A program made the position numbers and the translations under genes. The notes beneath the pieces are model-generated. The model ran no database searches and had not been told where the DNA came from. It saw only the letters and a program-made list of their open reading frames with translations. DNA of 64,000 nucleotides from Marsupella aquatica (lineage: Eukaryota > Plantae > Marchantiophyta), in contig OZ316892.1 of assembly GCA_973895155.1 (NCBI GenBank), positions 8,613,580-8,677,579 of the forward strand, given 5' to 3'. The first letter of the stretch is position 1; every line of letters starts with the position of its first letter. Positions 49,363-63,775 of the stretch are shown here, in pieces.

Positions 49363-49557
49363 TCTTCAATGTAGAGTAACTATGAACTATACATAAAGTA
49401 GTCCATACGATGCAATCCTAACCGGCCCAATCTATGCCCTTGCTTGACCTGCTATGGGTGGATTCTCGCACAGGTTTCTTGGCCTGGTCACTCGATGGTA
49501 ATCCGGGCCACCTGTCTCTACCAAAAAATTCAAAATTCAAATTAATTGGCCTCCACC

Positions 49558-50500
49558 CTTTTATTTTATTTTATTATTATTTTCAAAAAAACCACACCCC
49601 TAAAAGCAGGGGAGCAAGGAAAGGGGCAAACCCCAACAAACCCCAACAAACCCAAGGAAAAAACCACAAGGGCAGGGGAGGCAACAGAAAAAACAGCCCC
49701 GAAGGCCAAACTAAACAATCCAGAAGGACCACATCCTTCGCCGTTCTCTAGTACCAACCTGACTATGATGACTCTAGCGGAGCTTGCTCCTAGTTCTAAT
49801 CCATTGCGGGTACCTATTAGATCCCTTCGTCATCATTACCAAGAGAAACCGGACTATCAATTTGCGCCCACAACTCAAGCACTACCTAAAGTTGCTCAAT
49901 AGTTTCCTGAAGATGTTTTCCTTTCTTCTGAGAGTGGCAAGTGGTCACCATGGAATTCAAGTGCATTTTAGTGTTGCGGAGCACTACCCATCCAGGAAGT
50001 CTTCCCAAAAACTGAGAATAAGTGGCTTTATTCAGTTCATTCCAGATGCTATGATAGAGTTCCATAAGAATCAGCAATGGTCCTAGTTTCCATTTGTGTT
50101 TCAAGATGACATGGTTAACAACATCAAAGAGTGATCTGTTGTTAAATTGTAAAGCAGGGGAGCCGTGCAGTAGATGTTGGATCTCTTTCCACCTCTTGAC
50201 AACTTCTCCACAGCTGAAGAAAAGGTGTTTGATATGCTCAAATCTCAATTTACATCTAGTGCAAATTCCATGTGAAACCTTCCAATGACTTCCCCTTCCG
50301 TTCGTGTAGAAGCCGTGGTTAAGTAGATTTGGCCTCCACCAATCACATTGCTTGGATTATTTTTTCACAATTTTCCCTCAATTTTCATCATTTGATAATC
50401 TGGTTTTTCCTTAGACATAAAACCTGCATTTTGAGCCATAGATTGGCTCATTTGATAAACGGGCGAGAATGATCAGGCTCCCAATCGGAGGGCTGCGGAA
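49558..50500 (-). mobile_element. 5'-truncated L1-type LINE: zf-RVT remnant, 3' UTR and A-rich tail
   Basis: CTRCKLRFEHIKHLFFSCGEVVKRW (C-x2-C...HLFFxC...W) and ..YHSIWNELNKATY; T-rich tract at 49558-49583 corresponds to an A-rich tail on the minus strand. Confidence 0.8.
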
Positions 50501-53500
50501 GGGCACTCATTAGCGGATGCGACATTCATGCTTTGGGAGTGAGTACTCCAGGTCACCCGAAGTACGTATATAGTGAATTGTGGTTTAAGTGATGTGCATT
50601 GCACAGAGTTTGTGCTTTGGTGCAGGAGATAATCGACAAGTAGAATGTTGGGTGAAAACTAAGGAGAGATGAAAGAAAGGGCAAAAGTTTGGAGGGTGGA
50701 AAGCCAAGGCAAAAGTTCCAAGACAAATGGTTAGCACAGTTGAAAGGAAGTGAGGGAGTGGGACTGGTTAGAAAGGCCGCCAAAACTCTCTCTTCAGGTA
50801 AGTTGCATATTTCTTTAGATTTGCATTATGACTTTGGTGGCCTATCCAATAACTGATGCCTTTGAACACAACTAAGTCATTGATGTCAACCTGTCATTTG
50901 TTATTAGCAATCATGCATGCAACCCACACACTTGATGAGTGATTGTTAACATTGGTGGCAAAGTTGGTGGTGTCCAATCCACAATCAAGCTTGACAGACC
51001 CATAAGAATGTTGAACACTGGTCACACAATGGCAAAAGACCTGTGCCACACAAAGGACTCCAATATCCATTGAGGATGCCCGTTAGTTAGCCTACCTTGA
51101 TGAGACTGTCATACTCTCAGTACAAGTCTCTTGCCCCTATGAAATAGACTATAGGGAATGAGACATCAGAAAGTATAATACAAGGTCAGGCTTGTTCATA
51201 AGGTGGTTGCCTTCAAATTTTACAGTTTGATTTTCAAGAAAGTAAAAGGATCAGGCCAAAGAGAATTGAAAGACCAAAAAATAATTACATTTAATTAGTG
51301 TGAAGGAAAGAGTGACACAGTTTTCCAAGCAAGTAAAAAGGGGATCTACTAATGCATGAGAATCAAGTACTTTGTGTACCACCCATGCATAGGAAGGCAT
51401 CCATGCATAAAAAATGCTCCTCACTCTACCAACCATGCACAAGAAGTACCTCATGATACTGTGTAATAATAGGAGTTTAATTGATTGCAAGTATTACATA
51501 ATTAATAAGATAGTGCAAAGTGTAATCAATGAAAGAAACAGGAGACCAAAGAGTACTGCAAAAAGAGGGAAGAGAGGAGTGGGGGTAGGTGGGTTAAGGT
51601 TTAAAAGGAAAAGAAAAAAAAAAAAATGGGAAAAAACAAAGAAAACAAAACATCTTACTTGGTAGTACTTGGTTGTTGTGGTCCATCTTTTGCGCCATGA
51701 CATCTTTTACTGGACAACATTTTTTGAACAAGAATATATTTTTAAGAAACATTTTTTTTATTCAATGATACGTTCTGCACCATGATATTTTTCTCAAGGA
51801 CATCTTCAGCACAACAACATCTGTTATGTATTGACATCTGTTGCTGAACAAAATGTTGTATTACTTAGACATCTTTTGCACAAGAATATCTTTTACTTAG
51901 CAACATCTTTTGAGCAACATCTTTTGAACAACATATTTTGCTTGATGACATTTTTTGTAGAACATATTTTATGCAACGACATGTTTTATGCAACAACATC
52001 GGTGATTGAACTTGTCTTATGTATAGCAAGGTCCCTTTTACCATGTTTGCCATATTAATTTTGTGCTATACACTTGAAGGACACTACTTGTATCTCAATT
52101 TTGCAATTGAATTTCTCTTCTACAATACTTGGACCGATTGCTATATAGTAAGGGGCCCTATGGAACATAAAGATGGTCCAAATCAATCCACACCATCAAA
52201 CAAAGCTCACTGCACCAATTAAATCACACCTGCCTATATAAAAGTGCCCCTTTCCTTGCTGGCCCACTGCTCATTTCTGACCTAGGTGAACATTGTACTT
52301 GCCCAAGAAAATAGAGCCCAAGTCCATTCCTATTAAACCTGGATGGTGTGCACTGTATAATTAAAGCTACAGGTAACCCAAAGCTCTTATACAAGTAGTC
52401 ATGGTTTGAGATAACAACAAATAACAAGTGACTCATAGCATGCATAGTCAATTGCCATGGACTACCAACCACCCCTTGCTTCTGGGCTGTGCCACAATTG
52501 TTATGTTGCCAGTCATGGTTCACTAGTCCACTGGTTGACTTGCAATGGATCTCAAGATGACCTCTTGATAAACAAGTGATGGTACTTTTCTTATATATAC
52601 TTCTTGGGAATTGTCACAAAGGGACCAACATTGGTTTTCCATAAGTTGGCCCTAAACCAAAGTGTTTGATTGGGTCTGCTGGACCTGCCTAGCCCTCATA
52701 GATATAGGCAGGCATTTAGATGCTAGGCACAATGATGTGTCACAATTTGCAGTATCTAAATGGACTTGGGGGCCAAAAGTTATGCCCAACTTGAGTAATT
52801 GGGCTTAGTGGTTCAGGCATTCAGGTGCGTGGTCAGTCCAGGTGGGGACTGTGTCGTTAGTTCATGCATGGTGTTTCTTCAGTCCAGGTGTGGCATGTGC
52901 CACCCAAGATGGTCCGTCATGAGTCCAGGCATAGTTTGGGCCCGCATGACATAGTCCCACTGCTGTGGAGTCAACCAACTCCTAACTTGGTGTCACTTGT
53001 TGGTTCACAGCAGAGCAGGGTCCAGGCAAGTAAGTTGCACCAAGTGTCCCCATGTTCAAAGTGTCATAACATGAGATCCTGATGTCCGTTAAGGATGTGC
53101 CTTATTGCGTTACAATCAGGCGGATACAATCATCATCTATATAGGACTAAGGTCCATCTTTAGACCACCTTTTTGAGATGGTAAACTTCCCATACTTTGC
53201 TTCCTTGGCTAGGGAGTAGTTGCAATAAGGGTCTCAAACAATAGGTAAGTTGAGATCATAACCCTGTGCCCTGCTAACAAGTATGAGGTTATTAAACAAA
53301 AATGCAGGCTATTTTTCACACATTTTGTCACTAGAAGGGGCAATGCACATCTACATATGAGAAGGGACAGACTTGTATCCATTAACAATTTGACAAACCA
53401 ATTGATATGTTCAATTCCTATAGAACAAGTTCAAGCTACTTTATTTAGATTGGGACTTTGGAGACACTTGTTGCCTGAAAAAACGACAGCAAGATGTATT

Positions 53501-53559
53501 GTATTGTCAGAGCATATTGTCAAAAATTATGGACTTTGAGTAGATTTTTGTTTAGCCTA

Positions 53560-54115
53560 TTGTGACCATATACTTTGGTCACAGGCTTTGGTTTAAACAG
53601 TGTGTCCATGTCTCGATAGTAATGGTCATTCAAAACTGTACTGTCAAACGAGGATGAACTCTACATATTGGTCTAGTCTATTGTGACCACACCCCTTTGA
53701 TCACATAGCTGTGGTCATGGGCCTGGTTTGAATGGCATGCCCATGTGTCAACCATAATGCTCATTCAAAACCGTATTTCAAAAGAGGATGAACTCTAAAC
53801 ATTAGCTTATTTGCGACCACATAGCTTTGACCACATAGTTGTGGTCATGGGTCTGGTTTAAATTGCGTGTCCATGTGTCGATAGTAATGCTCATTCAAAA
53901 CTGTATTTTGAAAAGAGGATGGGCTCTAGATATTCATTTTATCTTATCTGTGACCACATAGTTTTGACTACAAAGCTTTGGTCGATCATGGGCCGGCCTG
54001 GTTTAAACAGCGTGTCCATGTCTCCATCCTACTGCTAGCTCAAACCAATAGTTTCAAAAGAGGATGCTGAACTCTTGATATTACTTCAGCATTTTGTGTC
54101 AACATAGCTTTGGTC
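53560..54115. repeat. ~130-bp tandem repeat, about 4 copies
   Basis: tgtgaccaca..ctggtttaaa..gtgtccatgt.tcgatagtaatgctcattcaaaac.gta...aagaggatgaactcta units at ~53561, 53682, 53813, 53950. Confidence 0.9.
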
Positions 54116-54535
54116 CCAAGAGTCAGGTTTCAATGTGTGCCCAAAGTAATACTCCTTGTTTTAGGTCCTAAACTCTTCCCTGACCACTTGGTCGCCTACG
54201 CTGAATTCACCCCTATATAGTTTCCCTGCTTGTGATTCTCTACACTTTGGATCTTCTCTATTGAAGAATCTCAAGCTATCAATTAAACAAATTAACAGGA
54301 GAAATACTCAATCACGTTGAAGAGCAAGGGTGTGGTCGTTGTCATGAAACTCCAGTTTTAGTTGAATAGTTTTGTTCCCTGTGTTGCAGTTTTCCTGGAT
54401 TACTGTAGTTTTCAACTTTCTATGCAAGTGACCCTAAAACCCTCAAGCCTTCACCCACCAGGTGTACACTGAACTTGATTTATAACACAATTTTTGGAAA
54501 TCAGCCAAACAGACTTTTGCAACTCCGAAAGACAC

Positions 54536-56204
54536 TGTGACGGGGTCCTCGTCTCGAAAAGTCACCGGTAGGTGTTATTGGCAAGATGCATGTAAATAAA
54601 TAAGCCAATATACTCAAGAGTTTTAAATTTTTTAAAAAGTTAATCATCCCGGGGTGTGTTCATGTTGCTTTGGAGGGCCGGAGCTATTTGAACCCGGGAG
54701 GAACTATTTTTTTAATTGACCCTTTGCTCTCTTGGGTCTTGTCGTTGTGGGAGAAGAAAATTAGGCATCTTAAGGGGACACCACCAATTAATATTTGGAG
54801 ACCCCGGCAGTTTTTCTTGGCCCCGGTGTAATATTGGGGAGCGGCTACACTCGGGGGGGCCCGGCTATGGGGACCCTTTGTGGAGGCCCAATTTAGTGGG
54901 GAGGCTTTAGAGGGGTTTAAAAAAACCTCTATTAGAGAAAGGAGCTGGGAGCATTAAAACACTCCAGGGAGACGGGAGCCCACGAGACGGGGGGCGCCAG
55001 GCGGAGTCAGTCGGGGAGGAGGAGCCCGCGAGCCGTGGGGCGCCAGGTGGAGGGTCCAGCATAGGGCTGCATGCCGACAAGTTGGGAGGCAGCAGGCGCC
55101 AGACGGAGGGCCGCCCGGGAGTAGCAATCCCCGGCAGGAGGAGGCCGCTCTATGGAAGGACACGATCAGCCAGGGTTATGTTAGGTCCTGACAAGCTTTT
55201 GGCGGCATTGAGGAGATGGGGAGCCTCCAGCCAGACCCCAGGAAGGACTCCCCCGGCAAGGAAAATAGTAGGTGTTACACCCACATCAGCGGAGGGCGCC
55301 GACAGTGAGGATTCTCGGGGGTGGAGTCCCGGTTCCGTGAGTGAGTCGGGGGAAGACTAGTGAGGCATACGGACGTTGGTCGTACGGATTTTCAATTATG
55401 CAACACCTTGGATGAGGGGAATCATAGGATTTTTGGAAGGAGCTTGAGGAGCTGATTCCGGCAAGGTGTGGCACGCCCAGAACGAAGTCAGGATGAAGAA
55501 GTTATGAGCTCAGGCGTATTACGGATTCAAACATTCGTAACTTGGTCGTCCGGGATCCATTTTGAGTGCCGCTTACGGATTTGTGATTGGGAGGAGCAGA
55601 GCTATCCAGGGCCCCCCTTAGGGAAGTAGTTCAAAATGGTTGAGGGTTTCGACCTTGAGTGGCCCCCTCACTTCCCCGTGACTACCAAGTGCGGTTGGCA
55701 CCGTCGAAGGCATCGACGGTCCCATAGTTAGATTAGGGTTTTAGGAGCATGTGTGTGCCGCATGTTTTAGGTTAGGGATTCCTTGTGGAAGGTTTTTGCG
55801 GCGCCGCTAGGGTAGCTGCCATCCTTGTGACCCCATGAGGGGTGCTTTGGTGTGTTTGTTTTGAGTATTTAGAGGGAAGCCCCGTAGTAGCGGAGGGGGG
55901 AAACTGAGTCTAGTGTTGGGTTTAGGGAAGTTCGCTCGTAGCCAGAAGAGGGAATCAAGCCAGAGTAGTGAGGTAGAGGTGTAGCACTTGCCCCAGTGAG
56001 GCAGGAGTTGGGCAGACGGTAGGAGGCCGGGTTGTCCTTGCAATGTGTTACGACGTTTTGCCAAAAGATATGGATTTGGTTTGATTCCTCAAGTTTTGGT
56101 GTGGCATTATCTTTTCTGGTTTGCGATTGTGTTCTTTCCCCAAGAAGTGTCTAAGGAATCCTTGCACGGTTTGGTCAACCATGTGAGTAGGAGGGGTGGT
56201 GACA
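54536..56204 (+). mobile_element. Probable solo LTR (~1.67 kb)
   Basis: Starts TGTGACGGGG, ends GGGGTGGTGACA, both flanks read ACAC; GC/CpG-rich interior distinct from flanks; no coding domain. Confidence 0.6.
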
Positions 56205-59107
56205 ACACTCCACCAACGACCAGTAGGAGTGTGTGTGGTGTAGTCCATAGGACTTGATCAAAAGCAGAGAGGCTAGTCGGTAGACTTGATCAAAAATTAC
56301 ACTTCCGGGAGCGAAATCAAACATACTCATCCTACATGCAATAGAATTCGAATAACGTCCCTCCACGTTCCCGTCATACGATAACAAACAATTTTAGTAG
56401 GAGGAAATACATATTTGTCATGTAAATCGTTTGATAAGGACACATTGGTGTGCCTAGCCCTGAGTTATACAAATTATGCTCACTTGGAACAGAATCATGC
56501 TTTAGAAGGAGGTATCTTATGATGCAAGCAAACTAGAATTTTACATAATGAGGATAGTATTGTTAGTGAGTCACTAGTACTGGTTCTCAATGTCTTTGTA
56601 TTTCTAGTGAATTTCTAAGAGTTCAGATAACTAGCAAGTTGGCTAGCCAGAAAAAGAGTTTCAAAATCGGTGTTTACTAACCAAATTTTGGCTAGTTTGG
56701 GACTAGCTTAGTTAACAAAGTGGGGTTTCCTTCTAACATTAACAGGAAATTTTGCCCTCCTAATAGGATTTGTTTTCCTATTTGCTTGCACAATACAACT
56801 ACCCCTTTAGAACAAGCTATTGAATGTATCCCAGATTCGCTCGTCTTCCATTCTGGCTGCATAAACTAGGATACCTGATCCTGATTCAGAGTCTGGAAGT
56901 AGAATTGGTTTATGAAGAAATTTGAAAGTTGGAGGTAATTGGTTTATGAAGAATTTTGAAAGTTGGAGCTAATTGGACTAGTTGGATTATAATATGAAAG
57001 ACTACCACCAAACGTGGCTTAGGTTGCTAGTATCAGAAACCAAACACCAATCGAGAATTTTATGTGCTCAAAGATAAAACTTTACTACTAGCTATCATGT
57101 GCTCGTGCTCTTGATGAGACCAGAGAGAGTGAAAGCTTGCTTTGGTTTTCTGGAATGCAGGTTTCACTTAGAAAAATTTGGATGCACCTTGTGAGTGAAA
57201 GAGGAGTCTTTATGGATTGTAAATGGATTGCACTAAGGAAGGAACGGAGAGGGTTGAAACTGGCTTACCAAATCCACACAACAGACACATTTTTTCCTAA
57301 ACTCCACTAGCCATGACAAAACTTGGATCCACCAAGTTTCATCAATTAAAAGATTCCTTTATGGAAGTGTGGAGCAAAAAGGCAAGGACGAGGATTAGAG
57401 GAGTGAATAAAAAAGGGGAAGTCTTGGACACCTCTCTTTCTATATAGCATGCTCATCTTGGAACATGCTTCATTTTTTGTTTTTTAGTGATATATAGGTA
57501 TTTGGATTATAATATAAACATGACATTGACTAGGAAAACGTACAGTCATATTGAAACTTGTGCACATAAGGTACCAAAAAAAATACACATGTAAATAAAA
57601 ATAATAATAAACAATAAAGTTTAAATTTATGGTATTGGGATGTGCACATAATGTACATGAGTAGAGATATTTATGTACTTACTTTAGGTAATGACACTCA
57701 AAATAATTAAAACCATAAATTTAGGACACAAAACCATGAGTAGTACTTAAAGACATAAGGTGTGCACATTATTTAGATCATTTCTTCTGTACTCATGAGA
57801 ATAAGGGCTAGAAATTCAACGAGCTCTTTGTTATAGGGTGGATGATCTTAAAATATAGCAAAGATTTTAAAAAATTAGAGGGGTGCCAGAATAAATTGGA
57901 AATCTAAACTATACAAGGGGCATCCCTTGTTAAGACACATTAAAATAAAAATGCATAACAAAAGAAGTTTGAATAAGACAAAATAATGAAAGTTGCATTC
58001 GCATATAGCACCTTCAAAATGCCCAGTCTAGGTTTAAAGTGGAGGTAAGCAGGCAAGGATAAAAAAAACCTGCCGACTTTTGTGTTTTTTGTTGCCATGA
58101 TCTCGTCTTGTGTGGTCAAAGCTATGTGGACCCATCCTGATATACAACTTGCCCTTCATGATTGAAGAAAAGGTAAAACAGATTTGAAGCAAGAAGAAAA
58201 CAAAGATGCCTGATTGCTCCCTCCTTTCGCGCCCACGGCTAGAAGTAAATGGGTACTGTGAATTCCAGTGGACCGAGTCCCTGCTAGAATGGATGGACGA
58301 CAGGCACCGACCATTGTCACAAGCTTTACAGGTCGCATTTCAGTGATGTAATCGACATCATCGTAGTGAACACGGCAGCAACCCTTGTCAAAAGCTTTAC
58401 AGGTAGCAACCGTTATCACAAGCTTTACAGATTATATTTTCAGTCACATGTAATACACATGTCTTGCTGTATATGTAACGTAATGTAACATATGTAACAT
58501 GACATAATAAAATATAACTTAAACATCCATCATGGTCGAGGAAGTCTGTCGGAGTATTTTGTGATATAAATAAAAATTTAAGCATAGAGGTCCCATCCGA
58601 GCTGAGGAAGTATGTCGGAGTGTTTTGTGATCGACACAGATTCAAAAAAGGGATCCACCTGAGTGAGGAAGTCTGTGGGGGTGCTCTGGTAAACTGGGAG
58701 GTCCATCCAAAATTTCCCCCTTTCCAGGCTTTCCTTGTCCAGTAAACTGTAATTTTTGTCAAGAGAAGAGGTTACGGGTGTGTAACAATTTATGTAGGGA
58801 CTTGCTATAGTCATAATATGCTGTCCTGAAAAGTCAAGTAGGTAAACTCTTTTTGGGTAGGAGTTACACATGCTAGTGCAGGGCTGGGGTTAGACTATAA
58901 CTTGTTCCCGGAACATTCAAAGAAATTTTCCGGCTACCATCAATCAGCTTCTTTTCATATTCCGAACGCAAGGTTATAACCTAGTAACCCTACGCCCAGA
59001 CCTGCATTACCTTGTACGTAACCTCGGAAGGCAAATCACAAAACTTTGCAATCCACTCAAGGTAGAGTACAAGAGTGGGCTACTGGGCTCATCAACGAAT
59101 TTAATTA

Positions 59108-61171
59108 TCACGGGGAGACACTGAAAGAGAGAGCACCGAAAGTTCCTTTATTGGCTGAACTTAAAGTTCAGCTTTGTGGTGGGAGCCCAAAATGGCTCCA
59201 AACTTTTTTTCTGCGCATACGTTTTCTTTGCATTCGTTTTCTCCACATATACTTTCTCCACATACATATAGAGGCACACAAATATACTTTAGTCACAATA
59301 TATTCATTTTAACATTCTTTAGTTTGTATGAAATATTCAAGATCAAGACAAATTGGAGTACACAGAGTATATTGTATTCAACACAAATGAAAGTACATTA
59401 AATGCTCCCCCTCAATGTAAGTGTGTACTTGATTCTCTCACCACTTAATGTCTTTGTCTTTTAGTTATCAGAATTTCTTAATGCTTTTATATATTTCCCT
59501 TTGGGACCAAAGTCACCTTGAAAAGGTACGCGTCTTAAAGGGGCTTCCTTTTTGTTTTTGGGTGAAATTGGTCACCTCGAAAAGATTTTTAAAGGGGTTT
59601 TTTTTTATAGAAAAAACGATGAGTAAGGAGCATGCCCTATGGTTGATCTCATTATTTTATTTTCTTTGAGAATTAAAACAGATAGAGAATCAAGGGTATT
59701 TTAAAGAATGGGAAAATCAAAAAGACAAAAAGAGACATTTTTATTTTTTGGCCCGGATGGAGGATTACTTTAAGGGGAGAAATAATAAGGGTTTAAAGAA
59801 TTTTTTCTTTAATTGCTGAGAGGTTTAAGGGTATTTAAGGGAGAGATTTTCAAAATGGTCTTTGTTTATATTTTTTTCTTGCTAGAGGGGGCAGACACTA
59901 GTTGAGTGTATCGAACAAGCTAACCCCTATTCTATCTTAGAAGTGGGGAGCGATGAATGGTTTAAGGGTCTTTTAAGGGGAGGAACAATAAAGACAAAGA
60001 ATGGAGAGATTTCAGGTTTTATAAATCTTTCCTTTTTCTTGCAAGAGGGGGGTCAACATCAAAACAAAAAATGTGTTTTTATTCCTTTTGTGTACTTCTC
60101 ACTCATTTTTCAACATAGATATAGATTTTTATTTGAGTAATTCTAGAAGAATGGGTGGGTGTGCTTTTAATTAGGTTAGGTATGACATTAATTAGGAACT
60201 TAGGGATGATTAGCATAAACGGGAGAGTCTCTCAGTTCATTCTCCTCATTCTCTTCTCTTCTCCTCTCATTGCTTATTCTTTTGCCTTTTTTTGGCCAAA
60301 GCGACCTCATAGGCATTGGCGCCATAAGCGTTGCTTGCAACCTACCATTTGCCTAGGTGGTCGTGGAGGGACGCCCTCGATCATTAGGGTCGTTCATAGG
60401 TAGTTTTCTATCGTATTCTTTTGGACTAGTGCGAGTTTGCTCTAGCCGGTGGTAGCAATGACCTAGTCATTTGCTACAGACCTGCCTATAGTCACTTAAT
60501 CTAGTACATTTGACCCGACATTTGGATGCAACTCTTTTTTGTTGGAGATATACTTTGGCTTTGTGTTGTCATCGATGGAGTGTTCTCGATGCATACAATG
60601 CTTGTTGCTTGAGAAATATTTTGCCGATGAGAGTGTTCATCCTTCAGATGCTGGTTTGTATATACATCAATGAAAGGTTGACGATGAGAGGAGAAAAAGA
60701 TTAAATTCTTTATGATTTATTTCAGATTAGGTGGTGGACAATTTAGGGTTAATTTAGGTTAGTCTTTTAGATACATTTAGGTTTTGATACATTTTTTTCT
60801 CTTATCGAATAAAAATTACATGTATGAATTCTATTTCAAACTTATATTATTTTGACGTATCATATTAGAATGAAGTATCTTTTCCTTGTATTTATTAATT
60901 TTTCTCAAATTTAAATGCAACCCCAACTTATCATGTTTTTGTACTATTGCGAGTCAAATTTGGGTCAAAGCATTTCAGGACCCGAGTTTTGAATCTGAGA
61001 CCTCCCCTTCACGAGAGTGATCACTATACTAATGAAACATTCATGTATTGGTGACAATAACTAATGAGTCACAAATTATAAAAAGTAGTTCAGCTTTTGT
61101 GACCAAACCCTTGGGTCACGGGCATTTCACGGGGAGACACGGAAAGAGAGAGCACCGAAAGTTCCTTCATT
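59108..61171 (+). repeat. 45-bp direct repeat pair (59108-59152, 61127-61171) bracketing ~2 kb of AT-rich DNA
   Basis: tcacggggagacac(t/g)gaaagagagagcaccgaaagttcctt(t/c)att, 2 mismatches. Confidence 0.9.
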
Positions 61172-61672
61172 ATTGGGGTACCTTAGTCGTCAAAACTTGA
61201 CCGAGGTGCCACGTTACTATTGTGTGGCGACCTGGAGTGCAATATTGTACTGCGGTTAGATTCGAAGTTCGAACTGTTCTCCAGTTGGAAAACAGGAAAA
61301 GAATGGTCTACAGGAGTGATGTACAGAAGAGACCCGTTCGTGGAGAACCCGATGTTGGTCGTCATCCGCAACAGCGCACTTCGAAGGATCGCAGCCGTCA
61401 AGGTTGGACAGATGGCTCCCCATCGCTCGGCATCCGGAGTGGCGTGCCGCCCTCACCTACCTCCCGCCACACGATAGCCAACCAATCAAGAAAAGATATT
61501 TTGCTTCCGCTTCAGGTTTGCGCGCCTACACTTCTCTCGCAGGCGGTGTCGGTTCGGGCTCTGGAAAGTGGAAACTGCCTCGCCGCGCTGATCCCTTCTT
61601 CACGCTCCGTGTGCGCTCGACCCTGCTTATATAGCGATCGTCCTGGTCCAATAGTCACTTTGATTCCCGCCG

Positions 61673-61822
61673 ATGGCGTCCTCGAGGTGTCGAGGTTTGG
61701 GAGTTTCTATGGCGGAAGTGCGGGGAAGGACGGCGTCTGGTTTCATGTCGAAGGGCTATGGTGATCTGCCTTGTCCTGGATCCGCGGCGGAAGACTCGAA
61801 TACGTCGCCTCCTTCTTTACGG
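61673..61822 (+). CDS. Possible first coding exon of a gene extending beyond the window
   Basis: CpG-rich island, ttatata at ~61627, ATGGCG start, ends ..TTACGG|GTATGT donor followed by intron-like DNA; no recognisable domain. Confidence 0.3.
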
Positions 61823-63480
61823 GTATGTGACGATTTCCTTCCAGAGCTTGATTGTGTCAGATGTCGGTTGTGAGTTCAGAGTTTTTACGAATGCGCAGAA
61901 GTAGAGTGATGTCGGGGTGGTACTGGATTCGGAAGGATTTCCGGAGACGTCTACTTAGTTCGATGGATTGGGATGATGATGTGATCTGCGACTCTTGTTG
62001 CGAGAAGAGTGTAGGTTCGTGAGTGTTTTTGGAAGGGGGTTTGTCTTGTTTCATCGGTCGACCGAAGAGGCTCGCATCCGGTGTTGTAAGATCGCAGCTT
62101 GTCTGTCGGTATTAAAGAGCTCGGTAAGGAATGCTCGCTATGATGCTATCCAGCGGCCCAACTGATGGTCTACGTTTGCAATCATGTTACGTCTTGGTTG
62201 ACATCCCGTTTTACTGTTCCGGGTTTCGGGATGTTGCTGATAGGTCCAATTTAGGCGTTTGTGTTCGTCGCCGACTGAACTATGTTATCGAGTTTGTCTG
62301 ATCGCGGTTGTGGTAGTAGCCGTCTATGTGTCATCTGCTTGCTAGAAGAGTCCAGTGTTGCCCCTGACCTTCGTTTAGTGGTTGTGAGTCCGGGGAGTTG
62401 TAGTGTATAGGTCTCATTACAATGATCTTCGTTTGTATCCAGATATCCGTGACAGATGTGCTTCAGGATTACGCAATGAGTGTCATTGCTGGGTGCTTGC
62501 CGGCGGTCGATCGGTTATCCCATCCGAAAGATCGGAAAGATCTTGCACGGCGCTGCGTGTGATCAAGTTCTGCATGCTTCGTCTAGCGAGCAGGTTGTGT
62601 AAGATAACATCGGGGCCGGCGTTCAGAGCTCTTCCGCAGTAGTGTTCCGAGACGAAGATCGGGGGATGTGTACTTCCGTCTTTGATTTGCGGAGTGGTCT
62701 GGAGCCTGGCAGTGTTATGGTAGTACATTGGACTTCAAATGGGAGACTGCTGTGAAGTCCTATGTTGAACAGTAGTGATCAATGGTTGGAGATCTTGCGT
62801 CTTCGGTACGTGATTCAAGTTAAGCTTCTCGAATGATTGTCAGGGATAAACGTCGCAACCTACCAAGGATCTACCTCATTGTTGAGATAGAGTAGGACCT
62901 TGCGTAACGTTATGTCGTGTATCCCTGGTGTGGTTGATCTGTGAGAGATGGTTCGCTTAGTTCTCAAAGCTGGTTTGACAAAAGACTTCGCCCGTCATGC
63001 TTAAGCGGAGGTAATTATGTTCTTGAACCATTCAGGTTTCGTTAGGTTGTTTCCGAATGTGCATATGTTCACTGCCAATCAGCCTTGGTGAATGGGAAAA
63101 AGTACCAGGCTGATTGCACCACGATACGACCTTGCCCTTATGGGTGCGCTTACGGGGCAGGTCAATGTATCAATAAAAAATGTCGCATTTGTGTAGGGGA
63201 GTGGTTATGACCCTCCCCGAGTGTGTGGTGCGGACTGGCGGTTCCCGTGTGGCTTTTGTGGTGCGACGGGGAGGGTACCGTGCATCTTGTCCTGTCTTGT
63301 CTTGTGTCTGGACTACGGAACAGTGTCAAATCTGATGGCAACCACTGCGCACATCGGTAAGCGGCTTGGAACTAGTGTCTGTAGGATTTGACGTTCAGCA
63401 TCGCTTCTTTGCCCTTGTTGTTTGCAAAGTGTCTACTCCACCCTTCCAGCACTTCCACTCCAAAGTATGACTACATATTT

Positions 63481-63775
63481 CTTCCTCCGTTACATTTCGA
63501 TTGTCCAGTAATGTTTCCACATACTCCCTATCAGTAGCTCTGCAGCATCCTGTGCAACGTTGACACGCATACCTGCGATTTAATCCATCTGCTCCGATTG
63601 ATTCCGGTTGTCAACTGATCTTTCCACAGATTTGCCCTATCAATAGCTCTCGTGCATTCTATGCAACTTTGACCTCCAATCTTCTCCGTTCTATTTCGAT
63701 TGTCAACTAATGTTTCCACAGATTTGCCTTATCAATAGCTCTGCTGCATTCTGTGCAACAATGACATCCATCTGC
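63481..63775. repeat. ~95-100-bp tandem repeat, 3 copies
   Basis: ctccg...ttgtc...tttccaca...ctatca(a/g)tagctc...gcat.ct.tgcaac..tgac. Confidence 0.85.

Noticed and set aside
58156-58762. Short ORFs with local acaagctttacag and gaggaagtctgtcggagt repeats
   Set aside because: No recognisable domain or splice pattern.
60975-61040. Third tRNA-like relic on the minus strand
   Set aside because: Only weak A/B-box resemblance; too degenerate to call.
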